Below, piece after piece: positions 35,381-50,258 of a stretch of DNA of 64,000 nt (position 1 is the first letter of the stretch; every line of letters starts with the position of its first letter). The notes below the pieces were generated by a model, which saw only the letters and a program-made list of their open reading frames with translations, had not been told where the DNA came from and did no database searches. The translations under genes were made by a program, and so were the position numbers. The DNA lies in assembly GCA_016748015.1 (NCBI GenBank), contig JAAOMT010000082.1, forward strand, positions 281,483 to 345,482, read 5' to 3'. Source of the stretch: Geosiphon pyriformis uo1 (Eukaryota > Fungi > Glomeromycota).

Positions 35381-38300
35381 ACTTGAAAAATTTGCATTAA
35401 TAAAAATTTTAAAGTTATTAACAGCATTGGTTTCTTGGGATTTTTATTTAAAATGGGTAAATAGTAAAAGAACTGAAATAAATTTTTAACTTGTTTTTCT
35501 AAGCTCATAAAAAGTGTTGTAATTAAATCGCTCTAATTCTGAGATGATAAATATTGTAAAACAGAGAGTTTACCGTTTAATTGATTAGAAAAACGTATAA
35601 AAAAAATACTAGAAACTGACAAATTAAGAAATGGGTCCAGGTGCAATATTTTCAAGTTGTGTTTCAAGTTTGCAACTAAATAAAATTTCAGATTTTCGTT
35701 TATTTAACTTAATTAAATCTCGCATAATCTTGATTAATTTATGATTTAATTAATATGTTAAAATTCAAGATTTTATATAACATACTAATAAAATCAAATT
35801 TTTTTTGGAATATAAATATTAATTTTTATGCATAGTAATTATTTCGTACTAAAAACCCTAATTAATTTCACAATATAAAACAAATTTATTTGATTTACTT
35901 GTTTTTTTTTACTTTATAGTTGTACTTGAACTTTTACAAGTTTAATTTTTAACTAAATTTTAATTTCTTGAGCTTTAAACTATATTATTATTATTTACAT
36001 ATTTTTGAATTAAACAATTTTTTAACTATTTCAGATTATATTAAATGAAAAATAATAATGAATATTCTTGAAAATAAATTTATATAATTAATTATTAATT
36101 AATATAATCAATTAATACTTTGTTATAATAAAATTTTGAAATATTATTTTGATATAAAAAGTTTTTACACTAAGCCATAAATTTAGATTTTATTGTATTT
36201 TTTAGTATATTTAAACAAAAAAGAATGAATTTGCAATTTGTAGTTTTCTTAATTATACAATGTTTTTTTTTTGGAAAGACAGAGCTCAAGTTTTTGAAAA
36301 ATAAGAAATAGAATCGGATTATGGAAAATAATCAATAAAATTATTAATTTTGTAGTTTTGGAATATTTCAAGAATTAATAATTATTTATAATTTGATTAT
36401 ATATTTTTAATTTTATTAATAAAAGAAAAAATATTTTTAAAACTAATTTAACAATTGCGATTAATTACATTTAATTTGAAAATTGCTATTATTATGAAAT
36501 TTGGATGCCATTTTTAATAAATAATAAATCTGGAAGAACAATTAACTAAAAAATAATAATATAATTAAAATAAATTAATAACTGAAAAATAAATAAATAA
36601 AAAATAATGATATTGATTATAACAAAAAAAATTAGACAAAAATAAGAATTAAAAAAACAAAATTATTTATTATTAATAATATATTCATTAATATTGCTTA
36701 GAAAATACTAAATTATTTTATTTTTGATATTGCTTATAAAATAAATAACAATAAACAATAAATTACTTTATATTGTTAATAATTTAAAATTACAACTTAA
36801 CTATTTATTTATTTCTTTAATAATTACAAATACTAAATATGCAACAAGAATAACTTAGAAAGCTCTATGCAAATATTGTAATTCTACTTGTAAAACAAAA
36901 AAATTATGCATCAAAAATTACATCAATTATTCAAAACCGAATCACAAAAAAAATATTAACTGATTAAAAGTATAAAAAGAAATAATGCAAAAAATTAGTC
37001 TCAAAAATAAATTATAACATAAAATTGTTGAAAATATTTTATAGAGCAAAAAGTTGCATTTCTTTGTCAAATATTATAGTAATAGATAATTGAAGAATAA
37101 AAATATTTGATTAAGGATATAAGATTTTACAATTCTTTTTAACAAATAACAAATTTTATATGAAAAAATATAATTTTACTGGTCAAAAAAGTAAATAAAA
37201 ATTATAATGAAATAATTTTATTATTTAAAACTTTATAATATTTAAGAATTGCCTAAAGATAAACAATCATTTTATTTCATGTAAGTATAATAATAATTAC
37301 AAAAATTTGATTAAGAAAAAACTTTTATATTTTTAAAAATTTAAAAATTCATATTGTTTATAAATTTATTTAATTGATCTAAATACTAAATTGATTTAAA
37401 AAAAAAATAAATAAATTTTACACTGTGTTTTTGTTATAATTATTATATACTTAAAATCTCTATTTTATTGAACTATTTTTGAAATATAATATCAAAAAAC
37501 TTTGTTTTAAGAAGTTTTTACTGGCTTCATAAAATTTTTTACTTTTTAATGTTTATAAGATGTTTGTTTCTATAAGAGCTTGTATAAATCTCGAAAAAAT
37601 CATATTATATATTAGTTTTCATGTATATTATAACATTAGTATTAAGATATTCTGAATAAAAGAGCTATCTATTATTATTTTTCTGCCAGTAACATATAAT
37701 TAATAAAAATAGCGTAATAATTTTTAATGAGTTTTTAAATAGAATTTGAAATCTCATAACTTTAACTTTGTATTTTAAAATAAGGACCCGTTTTTACAAT
37801 TAATATGATTTGTAATATAGTAAAGCAAATATAATAATTGCTAAATGAAAAAACTTTATGTTAAGAAAGAATTTGAAATTGTTTGAATAAATACAATTTC
37901 ATTTTTAATTATAGATTTCAATTTGTTGATTATTAATTCAAAAAACAACAAAACCCAAATTTAATGTTTAAATAAAATTTATTACTTGATTAATTTTGGT
38001 TTAACAAAATAATACAAAACAAACAAAATGTAATGTCAGATTGATTTGCTCAAACTTAAATATTAACCTAATTTGATTTGTGTCAAGTTTATGTTAAAGT
38101 TAAAAAATTTTAGCAAAATTATTTTTTATAATATACATAAATAATGTAGATATTTAGTTTGCTAAAATATGTCTTATATCAACAAATACATTTTAATTTG
38201 GACAAATAAATGTAAGCTTGGACAAAATAATATTTTTTTGAATTAATAATTAAAAATTATTTTGAATTTTAAATTATATTTGATTTTTCTATTAATTATT

Positions 38301-38449
38301 CTGTTAATTTTATATATAATAAATTTAATTTTTTAAATTTATATCAGATCATCTGTCGATCACATGTAAAAACTCATTTTGTGAAAATCCCTTTCACTCA
38401 AGACTGCAGATTGAAATATCAATATTTCAAAGCTTTTTACATCTTACCA

Positions 38450-39943
38450 ATAGCAACCCAGCGATTTTTTTATGCTTTATCCAATGATTTCGGAAATTTA
38501 CTTGAGAGCCAAAAATTCTCTGATGTTAGGATTGTTGTTGGAGAAGCGCCCAATATCAAAACTTTTCATGCTCATTCGCAAATTTAGCAGCAAGATCACC
38601 ATATTTTGCTGTAAAACTCTCAAGTAATTGGGTTAAAAGGGAAAACAATGCCATTATTTTCACTAAACCAAATATTTCACCTGATATTTTTGAAATAATT
38701 CTCAGATAAGGGTTTTCATTTGCTTTAAAGTATTTTGGCCAACATCAATTTATATTTTATTTTCTTACACAGATATATTTATAATGGTGAGATTTTTCTT
38801 GATGAACATGGAGTACCTGCCATTTTAGAATTGCTTATGACCGCTGACGAGCTTATTCTAGAGAATTTCTTTGATCCCATTGAAGACTATTTGATTGAAT
38901 ACCATGCAAAAGAGCTGGAAAAAATTTTTGTTATTTTGTAGAAAACTTTATTTATGCATAATTCTTTCAAAAAGCTACAGAAATTCTGCCGAGATAGCTG
39001 CTAAAACTCCACCTATAGTTTTCAACTCCCAAGATTTTATCTCCCTCAGTGAAAATACTCTTTTCTCAATTTTAAACTGGGATGACCTAAATATAGAAGA
39101 ATCTGAAATATGGGAAAAGATTGTGGAATGGGGAGTTGCTAAATTGGAATCAAATATTCAGATGAAAAAAGTTCTTTACTGGACAGATGAAAACTTTAAC
39201 GCCTTTAAGGAATCCATTGAAAGGCTTCTACCTTTAATACGCTTCTTTAATATATCTTCAGTTGACTTTTATCACAAAGTAAAACCATTTGTGAAAATCT
39301 TACCTGGAACTTTAAATGAAGATCTTTTACATTATTATCTCATACCAGATAGTCAACAAAAGTCTGTAAATATTCGGCCATTACGATCAAACATTGATTT
39401 AAAGCTTCTTCAATCACATAATATAAAACAGCTAGATAATTGGATTCAAGGCAAAGACGAAAATATTCGTTCTGAATATCAAGTTAGAAATGATTTTAAA
39501 TTGTTACTTCGAGGTAGTCGAGATGGATTCACTCCAGCCAATTTTCATCAATTATGTGATAATAAAGGAGCAACAGTCAGTGTAATCAAAGTAAAAGGAA
39601 CTGGTCAGCTAATTGGCGGCTATAATCTGCAGTCTTGGCACTCTGGGTATGACATAAAAGATGAGACAGGAAGTTTTATTTTTTCTCTTGGAGATGGCAA
39701 AGCTGAAAAGGCTAAACTAAACAAATTTGTTGGCTCATGTGGACCTTTTAGTGGGTCAAATCATGGGACCCTCTTTTGGGGATGACAATATTTGTTTATA
39801 TGGCGATAACTTTAAAAGTAGTCATTATTGCTATTGTAAAAAGACATGAGATTATAAGCATATTATAATGTCTGGATCAGAAAATCAACAGATGAATTTC
39901 TTTGTCAAGAAGTATAAAGTTTTTCAAATCATAAAAAAAATAA
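38450..39943 (+). pseudogene. BTB/POZ-BACK-TLDc protein pseudogene
   Basis: SDVRIVVGE...FHAHSQI; YIYNGEI; DDLNIEESEIWEKIVEWG; LLLRGSRDGF...FHQLCDNKGATV...IGGYN. Lesions: probable start ATG>ATA (38450), frameshift ~38585, intron donor GT>AT (38706), stop at 38939, frameshifts ~38990 and ~39770. Confidence 0.92.
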
Positions 39944-41727
39944 ATTCGTTTAATTTATTTGATTATAAATCTTTTAAAGACTGCATTATGTAAGAATTTT
40001 CTCTAGCAGAATATTATATAGACTACTATTTTGGCCTTCATAATAAAGTTAAAATTTTTTTAGAACTTAAAAGTTATTTTGATAAAAAGAGATTTCTGAA
40101 TTTTTAGGAATTATCACAAGCTAAAATCAAAACAGAAAACACTTTTTATGTGAGTAACAATAGAAATATAAATTTTAAATACATAGCTGTGTTTTTCCGC
40201 TAATTAAAAATGTAAATTTTGGTTGGTGTTTTAGGGTTTTATTGGGTAATGAAAAAAAATAAACTTTAGTTAATATTTAATAAGAAAACTTTGAGAGCAT
40301 GAAAGTTTTCAATTAAAATATAACTTCAACTTGGAGACACAAACTTTTTAATAAATATATTTGTCTAAACAATATTCTAATAAACTCGATATACTTCATT
40401 TTGCTTCATTCGTATTTTATTTACGAGTTGTAAAATATTTTTTTAATTGAAATTATAATTCCCAATAAATCAATATCTGACAAAAAATTAAATTTTTTAA
40501 GGTTTGCCAAGGTAAAGCAAAAAACAAAAAATAGTTAGTTTTAATAAAAATATAAACTTATGGAGAAAATTTTTTTTATCTTTTTTTCCAAATTGCAATC
40601 AAGTTTTAAAAAAGGTATTTATAGAAAGTTCTATTTCGCATAATAAACTTAGGTTTTATCTTTTTTCTTACTTCAATTGACTCAAAATTTTTTTGATGAA
40701 CTTAATAGTTAGAACATATAAATTTAATTGAGAAAAATTTTTGATTTCATTATTTAAAAATTTTATTTCATAGTTCACCTCTTTTTTAAATTAAACATAA
40801 ATGTTTGGATATAAAAAAATCCAAATTACTAATATTAACTTTTTTTCGCATAATTATTTTGTTATCTATATATCTTTTTAAAAAATTATATAAAAAATTT
40901 CTACATACTATTTTTATCTGGTAAAATAATTTATTTATTATGTAAGTTGTGGTTTTCGAAATTATTTTTAAATTTTCACAATTTTTAATCATAATTAGCT
41001 ATTATTTTATTTGATTCATTAATGTGTATTCTTAAAAATTTTAATTCTTTTTAAAACATATATAAAAGAATGTTGCCAAATCTTAAAAAAACAGTCATAC
41101 TCTCAAATTAAAATAAGAATAGAAATTATCAGTAGATAATTTAATTTTTTAATTTTTTATTAATAAAAGAATTCATTTTAGAAATTTAAAATTTGTGGTA
41201 CACTTAGCACCTTAAAAGATGAATATATTTATTTTATTAACAGGGTTTTCAGAATAATATTATAAAGAAAAATATTCCCTTCTAAATGAAAAAAGAAAAC
41301 TATCTCCTACACTTTTAAGAAAACGATATATACAAAATGGTTTATACATATCTAATTATAAATTTATTTATATCAAATTTTTAATTAATTTTTAATGAGT
41401 TAAATAATTAAACTTTGGAATTTTCACGATGTCGTTTAGCAGCAGTAATAATATAAAATTCAGAGTTGAAGGAATAAGATAAAAAAATTTTAGTTTGAAT
41501 ATTTGGAAAATATCACTTTGAGATAACAGTTTCCTCAAAGAATTTTCATGAAAATTAGTTTCCTTACTAAACCTTAAATACATTCTCTCTAATAATATTA
41601 ATTTGAAATGTGGCTATTAATAAAGAAATTATAAATATAATTTAAATCAATATATATGATTTCCTATTCGAAAATATTAATTTTTGATATATTAATCAAT
41701 CCAATAAACAAAAAATATTGATTGCTG

Positions 41728-43287
41728 CTAATCATTCAATTTTTTTCCTCTATAAATTCTCAGAGCTTCTTCAAAACTTCTTACCTTACTAATTGATTCG
41801 CAATTGCCCATTTCTACCCCAAAATAAGGCCCATTATGAAATAATTTGCCCGGAACTTTATTTATTAATTGACCAGCATTGCACTCCTAAAAAATAAAAA
41901 AACCGATTTTTTAACGCTTTTTTACTGAAAAATTCTAAATTCAATATAAATTAATACTAACCATATTCTCTTGAGAATACTGCGAATAGGGCCATTCTTT
42001 TCTTTGATCAATTGAAAGCGAAATAGAATTACAGTCCCAATACGTATTTGGGTCATCATCAGCAGGACAATCACAATTACTCAATGGCTCAATCCAAATT
42101 TCAGTACCAAAATGTTTCCACCCATTTGAAGACGAAGGAAAGTGCGGCACATGATCATTTCCATGAGTAAAACGGCGATGAACGATTGCTATGTTGAAAG
42201 CATCGCTAAGGTGCTCATTTCCAACTCTCGGAGCTCCATAAGTATAAATAATATGCCCTATTTCACCTATATTAATATCCGGCCAAGTATTCATTTTGGT
42301 AATTTTATATCTTTCCAATGCCCATCTAAATGCAGCAATGCAGACATATGCTTATAATATATACATATATATAGTTAAAAAAATTTCAATGTTAAAAAAA
42401 ATACTTGACTTTCAAATTTTAAAATAGAAAAATATTTAGGAAACTAACCTCCACCCAGACCATGTTCCGTAAATACAATATCAAGCTTTTGAGCTGATTT
42501 TGTGGATTTACTCAAAGATAATTTAATTTCTTGAAGTAAATTAGGAAATAATAAATTTACATCTTTTAATAATTGGGAGTCTACAAGAATTTCTTTGGCC
42601 AACTTTATATCATCATTAAAATAAAGTGACACTTATCTTGGATTTCTAGCAGCCCATTGTTTTTTTGTTAATTTCTAATATAATTAAAGAAGTAATACTA
42701 TCTCAAAATTTTACTTGAATTAAAATTTAAAAGCGGTTGAGATAATTACTTGTCCTGCAAACGCTATGATTAAAAAGCCATCAATTGGTGAATATTCGTA
42801 AAATTGAACTCCCACTAATGAACAATATTTGAAATATATATAATAAATTTTTTTTTAAAAAAAACTTTTATTTAAGACTAATTTCTTTTCAGATACCTTT
42901 AATTTGTAAACCAGGCACTGTCGAGCCAACATTATTTAGACCAAGACAGTCAAATGTATTTATTATGAATGCAATATCCGAGGAAATCACTAACTCTTCA
43001 TCATCAGTTAAAATTGATATTTTAAGTTGTGATTCTGAACGTTTTTTGGTTTGATTGATTTTTAGTGGAATATGTATTTTATTTATCCAATTAATCATAA
43101 TAGGAGAGGTATAATTTATATCTAGTTTTTCATTGTTTTGAATTATTACTTTAGAGGCTATCCAGCTGCCGCTGTGGTTTTCACGTATCAAAAAATAAAA
43201 AACTGATACCACACAAATTGCGGTAATAATATTAAATTTTCTCTGAAAATCAACCTTGAATCCTATTTGATTATTAAAAGAATCCAT
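41728..43287 (-). pseudogene. Class-3 lipase homologue, N-terminal TM anchor, 5 exons, nucleophile Ser replaced by Gly; in-frame stop
   Basis: IIAFAG; VFTEHGLGG; YTYGAPRVGN; THGNDHVPHFP; HFGTEIWI; HNGPYFG; GT-AG introns; TAA at 42635-42633 in exon 3. Confidence 0.85.
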
Positions 43288-43639
43288 TTTTTTGATTTTT
43301 AAGAAGGATATAAAAGAGTTTTATTTATAATTTTTTAAAAGATACACTAAAGAAAGATACTATGTATCAAGCTTATTTGTTTGCTTAGAACATCTCATTT
43401 TAATAATATAAATAAATTAATGGGTAATATAATTTTTATCCTCTTTTTGAAAATATTTTTCCTATCATACTATATCAAATTTTAATTAAATCCAATTTAT
43501 AAACAAACCTATTATATTTTATTTTTATTATATTTAAAAAATTATTGGTTAGCTAAAAAATTTTTAGAACGCAACTTCATTCACCATAATATAATTTAAA
43601 ACTAGCACTCCCTTCTTCATAATAATTCTCTTCAGCATG

Positions 43640-44170
43640 CTGACAGAAACTTTTTTTTTAGGTTCAACTTTGAAAGTGTTTTCGAAGGGTCATCACCAAG
43701 AAGAACTAGGAAGTAGAGCGTTATACATGTAGTAGTACTTATGGTCAATAATACATTATAATCAAATTAGCTGATTATCCTCTTGCTGTAGATACCCAAT
43801 CAAAATAGGGAGCTCGCCTTTAAAGAAATTTCTATACTTAAAAAAGAAGCCCTCTTTTAAAAGTTCAGACTCGCACTAATAAAAGTTACTATAATATACG
43901 CAACAAAATAATATTTAGAGGGATTCTATACAAAGTTTAAAAGGAAAAAAGTTCACAATAGTTGATATTATTTATAGTTTAGGTGTATTATTATATGAAT
44001 TGGCAACACAAATACCTTCCTTTTACGATTATTCTCATGATGTTATTCTGATAATAGCTATTCTCAATAATAAAAAACTCAAATAACCTTCCCTCTTATT
44101 CCATCTTGTATTGATAAGCTCATTGAAAAGTATTATAATCCCAATTTATTGAATGGCTCAAATGCTAAGA
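43640..44170 (+). pseudogene. Tyrosine-kinase-like protein kinase remnant with large internal deletion
   Basis: LKGKKFTIVDIIYSLGVLLYELATQIPSFYDYSHDVILIIAILN...PSCIDKLIEKYYNPN corresponds to subdomains IX-XI; traces of subdomains I-II upstream (EELGS, AFKEI). Confidence 0.8.
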
Positions 44171-47100
44171 CGTATCATAAAAAGCCTAAAACTGAAAGCT
44201 ACTGTTTATTTAATTAGAAAAACACAGCAAAATATCAACACCAGTGAAATAATGAATATATCGCATTTCAAGTTTCCAGAAAAGTGAAATATAAGATAGT
44301 TCATCTTTCTGCCTTTATTAAACAATTTTTTGGATTAATTAATTAATTAATTAATATGCTAAATTAATATACTTTTCACCAAATCTAGTGTATTAAAAAG
44401 TTAATAAATTTTATGGAATTATTTAATGCTTTTTTATCATCTAACATAGTTATTTTAAATTTTATAATGAATAAATAATTTGTTGAATCATTTTTCTAAA
44501 TTTAATTTGAGGAGAACTTCTTTAATTCTTAAAATTTAACAAATTTATTGTAACTTTTAAAAGAAAGAATTAAAATATTTGTTAACTAAGTAATTAACTT
44601 TTTAATTATTGATCAACCAATAATAAAAATATATTCTGATTTGAATTTTGTAAAAAAACAATTTTAAAATATTATTTAAACCTGTTATTCATTTTGAATT
44701 TTTTTAAATTATGCTATTGATTCCCTTGATTTGTTGCATATTATTAAAGATTAAAAAATAAATATATTGTTTTTAATGGTGCCTATTAGTTTTTGAATAA
44801 ATTTACAAAATTAGTCATTTTGATCTTATTAAATTTAAAACTTAATGAAAATTCATAATACCCAATAAAGTTGAATAAATAAAGTATTTATCAAAAAATT
44901 GTAAAAAAAATTGTTTTTATTTATTATTATTTGAAATAACTGGTTTGTTCATTAATTTTTAATTAGATATTTAAAAATTGTGAGAATTTTATAATGTTTA
45001 CAAAGATTCTATTATGCCTTCTCAATTTCGCATATAAGCTGTTGTAAATTTTAAATATATATTAGAAATTATTTATTTTTAAAAAATTAGAATTTCTATA
45101 TACTATACTTACATTTAATGCTGTTCTCTCATGCCTATTCCTAATATCTTTTCGAGGCTAATATTGACTAACCAACAATGCATCTTTAGTATCAATATCA
45201 TTCTTTAAATTTTTTTCTCTTCTCTTTGCTTAATAGTAAAAATTTGATAAATCCCCCATTTCCAGTTATATCAACTGTCTTGCCAATTTATCCTTGGTAT
45301 TTAGATTAATTTTATAATTTTCTGAAGCATTTTAAAAAGATGTAAATTTCCAGATATTGCAAATTAATTCCAGAATTATCGAATGTATTAAAAGAAAATT
45401 CAAATATGCTGTACAATAGCAAAAAAGATTAGAATTTGAGAAAATATTCTAGGAAAAATAGAATGCAGCAATATGTATTTGGTATTCGGCCTAAATTAAT
45501 TGGTGCGAATATAGTTTTTGGCTAGAATGATGTAAAGTATTTCACAATAGCCAGATGACCTTGAAATTATAATAAATTATAACATAAATATTAATAATTA
45601 ATATTTGATAAAGCCAAGATTGATAAATTTATTTATTTTTAAAGCCAGATAAATACTATTTCAGCTATTTTTATTTTTTAAATTGACTTTGGTTCCAATT
45701 TGTACTAATTCTTTTGTGATGTCATTTTTTCTCTTCGTCACTATAAGAAAAATATCGAAATCAGAAATAAATCTGATAGAAAAACTAGAAAAGGTCAAAA
45801 GTATTAAATAGATTTATCCCCACCTGAAATTATAGGTGCTCATCAACCATTTTACATACAATTTACATATATATATTCGAATGATAATATAAAAACTTGA
45901 AATATTCTAAATCATAAATTGGTTGCCTTCATGAGTTTAAAAAGATATGCTTATTTACTTAATCCAATACTAGAAACTTTCAAAAAAAGTGGTTATTTGA
46001 GTTTTTACATACCATAAACTTCTGTAACATCTACACTAAATTGCTTTAAAACCAATTTCAAAAATATTTCGGATAGATAATTTTTGAATAAAGTAAAATA
46101 AATTGTTCAAATAAATGTTTCAAATTAAAATTAAGTAAATAAAAAAAACAATATAATTATTTTTTGTTAGTTTAATTTGCTTAATAAAAACAGAAAAGTT
46201 TTATCAACAGCTGGATTCCTTATTTTGTTTGCCCTCGGTTTTTCTTTTAACCAAATTTAAATGCTTTAATCGAAAACTTTATCATAAATTATTTGATTAA
46301 TCATTTATAAACCATTAATAATGAAGTAAATATTAATCCTTTTATATATAATAATATTATAATTTCAAAAAAATTTAATACCATTTTTTAAGAGCCAGTC
46401 TTTTGAATTAATTTTTAAATTACGAATAAAATTAAATTAAAATTATATTAAAATTTAGGATTTAAATTTTAAAATTGAAAAAAAACCAAATTATCATAGA
46501 AAATTTTATTCATGTTTTTAAAACAAAGCAATATAATATATTTGATTTATAAATTCAATATTATTTAACCAACTTTTAATATTTATTAATTTGTCTAGAT
46601 AAATAAAGTATTATTACATTTTATAAATCAAAATTCTAGTATACATCATTAAAAATAAATTATACTTATAATAATTTTATCGCTAATTAAAGTTTAAGTC
46701 AAATTCCTATTTCACATTAAAATAGCAAGATAATGAAGAATAAAGTTGCTATTTTATTCATTTCAGCGATTATTATTTTCTTAGAGATAAAAATTGATAA
46801 AACTATCTTCTACTCATTGTAAAATCCTTCCAAGAGTTTATGACCACCATCTTGAGTCAGAAATTTCCTCAACAGAAGATCTTAAATGAAATATATGAAT
46901 GTAATTAATTTCATTAAATTCTGGTGTTAAAACCTAATAATAGAATATAACATTAATTAATTTGTCTAACTGGGCTTCTCGACTAAAAAAATTAACTTTT
47001 ACTAATTATTTTTATAATCCTTTAATTAATTTACCTTTGGCAGATATCGAGGCTCGCCCTTTAAATAAAATTACTACAGTTAAAAAAAATAATCTCTTTT

Positions 47101-50100
47101 CATGGCTTAAAAGTTCAAGGTTCAGAGCAAAAGATATTGATACCATTTGTCCAAATCTAATTTGTATTCTATTAACTTTAAATCACCTGAAATCTTAAAA
47201 AATAAAATATGAAAAATTTAGAAAATATCAAGTTTCATAAAATTTATAAACTTATTATTTAAAAATAGTGATAAACTTTTTAAGAAAAAAAATAAAATAT
47301 TTTTTTAAATTAAATTTTCATTTATTGTATTAAATAAATATTCCAAAAACAGTCATTTAAAAATAAAAAATTAATTTCTTTAATAAAAAATGCGCAAAAC
47401 CCTAAAACACTTGTTAATGAGATTGTAACATGGATGATCAAATATTTATTCTACAAATTAACTATACTTCAATCTAATAGTGTAATTTACACTCTTAAAA
47501 CCACTACAATATATGCAGTTATTGAACATGGACACTCTAAATAAAAAATGCATTTATATTTAAAATTATTTGTATTTGTTGTTAATTTGATTAATTGATT
47601 GATAATTCTTATTTTATCGAATTTTATTGTCTGATAGCATTTTTAATAAATTAGGATTTAAGCCTTAAAATCTCAATTTAAAAATTATGTTTATATTTTT
47701 GGATGAAAAATGAATCAACCCACTTAAATAGGCTAATTTTTATCGATTATATTTTAACTATTTATGATATATAATTAGCAATTTTATTTTTAAAATTAGT
47801 TGTTAAATAAATTGTTAACCTTATTAATAACTTAATAATTTAACTTAATTTTTGACTTAGATAATTATTTAATTATCAAACAACTTTTTTATTTTTAAAC
47901 TATGTGAAAGTCAGGAAGCAAAAATTGATAACTGTGGAAATAATTCAAAAAAGGAACATAAGTGATTGAATAAAATTGGAAATTGAATAAAGAATAAAAA
48001 TTAGCAAGTATAAAAGACCTAAATTCCCAGGCTTGAAATAAACAATTTTTAATATAAAAAATATAAGAAAAAAGTTTGCCTATGTAGCAAACTCAAAAAT
48101 ATGTATGAAATTACCACAAATTCCAAATTTTTACTAAACCTCCAACATAAATCAGCATGAAGAACTTAAAGGATCAAAGAGCACAGGTTTTTTATAAATT
48201 TGTCATGTATTTATAGCCGTTTTTATTGGAGAAAGCGAATTTTGAAATGATAAGTCAGTGAAATTTTACGATAGAAATATGGAGAGATTGATTGTAAGTT
48301 CTAGTCACAGATGCTTTATTTTCTTTTGATGGCTCTAAACTATGAATCACGAAAAAGCATGGAAGTACTTAATCCGATAAACAACATTTTTTATTAGCTA
48401 CATCACTATTTCGTTTGGTAATTCAATCATTTTCGTCTTTGGTATAGAAAACAAAATAATAATACAAGAATGAGTTGCTTATACTACCACTAAGTATCGG
48501 TCAGTTATTTATACCCAAAATTCCAGATGGTCACAGAAGTGTGACCAGAAAGGTGAACTTGAGGAATTTCCAATCTTGAACTTTGGAATTTGGATAAGAA
48601 ATGAACTAATTTCCCACTTTCTTTTTAGGGTAGAAGATTGGAAACAAACTGATTAAAAATTTTAAGAAAAACTTTGAGGGTATAAATCCTTTTCTTCTGT
48701 CATTTGTGAAGGTTAGAAAATCAAAATTTGGTTGAATTAAATCTCATGTGAATAACCAATTTTCACTAATTTTTTCAATCTTTTATAATAAACCTAATTT
48801 CGTTAAATATTGATATATATTTTTGTTAATAATTTAACTTAATATTCCAAAAAGGTTTGTGATCTTGCATAAAAGCTGATTCAGAACATCTACATTTCGT
48901 GTTTTAATAATAGGTGATCAGATAAGAAAAAAATGTGATGAGGTTTAGTATTATATGTCAAAAGAATTATCACTATGTACGATATCTCTCTAACTCTAAA
49001 TGTTAAAACAAAGGATAGAACACTCAGTAGTCTTTTAAACAGTTTTTTTGAAAGAAATATTTAGTTTAGTGTATAAACGAATTATATTGGACTCTTCAAT
49101 CCTATCACCCAATTAGGTTTGATCGTGTAACTTTCAGTAATTTTAAAAACCTAAGTATACGGTATATGCTTTTAAACCAAAAGAAAAAATTATTTTTAAA
49201 TTATATTTTTTTTAATCGAGAAATTGCTTTATTTTATTATGAAATAATTAAATTCAAGTGTGTTTAGAAAAAACACAAGATTTTTACAAATTTATTTGGA
49301 AATAAATATTTAGATTTATATATACGTTTTTTAGCTGATTTAGAGCCTAAAAAAACAAATTCTTAAAACAAAACAAGCTGAAAGAAACATTATTTAGGCT
49401 AACAATAGTTATAACTATTAAAATTCAGTTATCAGAAGACTATAATAATTTGAACATTTTTGTAACATATATTTAACAATTATAGTGTATGATGAGTTAA
49501 AAATGCCTGAAATAATATTAATTCAAAAATGATTTAATGTGCATTTAAATATAATGAAACCTGAAAATAAATTGATTTTCAATTATGACTTTGTTGATAT
49601 AAAAAATAATCTCCCACTTTATGTTATTATTATGTGAATTTTGATCAAAGAACCTTGTCAATAACAATTTGGAAAAGTCTGGATTTATGTGATGAAAATG
49701 GTTATAATAAATATTGTGAAATGGAATTGAAAAATTATAGTAATCCTTGGCTTTAAAATTTTATTTTAGTTTTCATTTATAATATATTAATTTTGTAAAA
49801 AAAAAATTAATCATTAATCACGGGTTGTTATAAACAAATCTGTAAATTAAATTATACCCTAAATGACTGATTTCCATCATGATAGTCAATATGGATCTAA
49901 ATAATGGTAAATGAAACTTGGAAAAAACCAAGTCAAAAAGAATAATTTACATATCTTAAGATAAATATTTTAATTTTGAATGAAATTTTATCAGGAATGA
50001 TGGGCACATGTATTAAAAAAATCTATTTTGATTGGATTAATTGAAAAATCAAATCGAAGCATGCCAACCTAAATCTTTAAGGATAGGATTCAACTCATTA

Positions 50101-50258
50101 TTAATATTTAAAAAAATCATAAAAAATGATAATAAATCACATGATATTTGTAAAAATTAATTTCGGAAAATAGAGGAAACTTGAAGCATCCCAATTATGT
50201 GAAATTTGGCTAAAACAGACTTTTATATGTAGGAATATAAAAAATTTCATTCATTTCG

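Noticed and set aside
36850-37300. Possible BED finger / hAT transposase relic (KALCKYCNSTC)
   Set aside because: Only one CxxC is visible and the DDE motifs could not be recovered by eye; it needs an HMM search on transition-corrected translations.
45100-48780. Patches of higher GC (45.1-46.0, 46.8-47.2, 48.1-48.7 kb) that may be gene relics
   Set aside because: No recognisable motif or consistent frame; the VVILFKG snippet at ~47.06 kb is too short to call a lipase.
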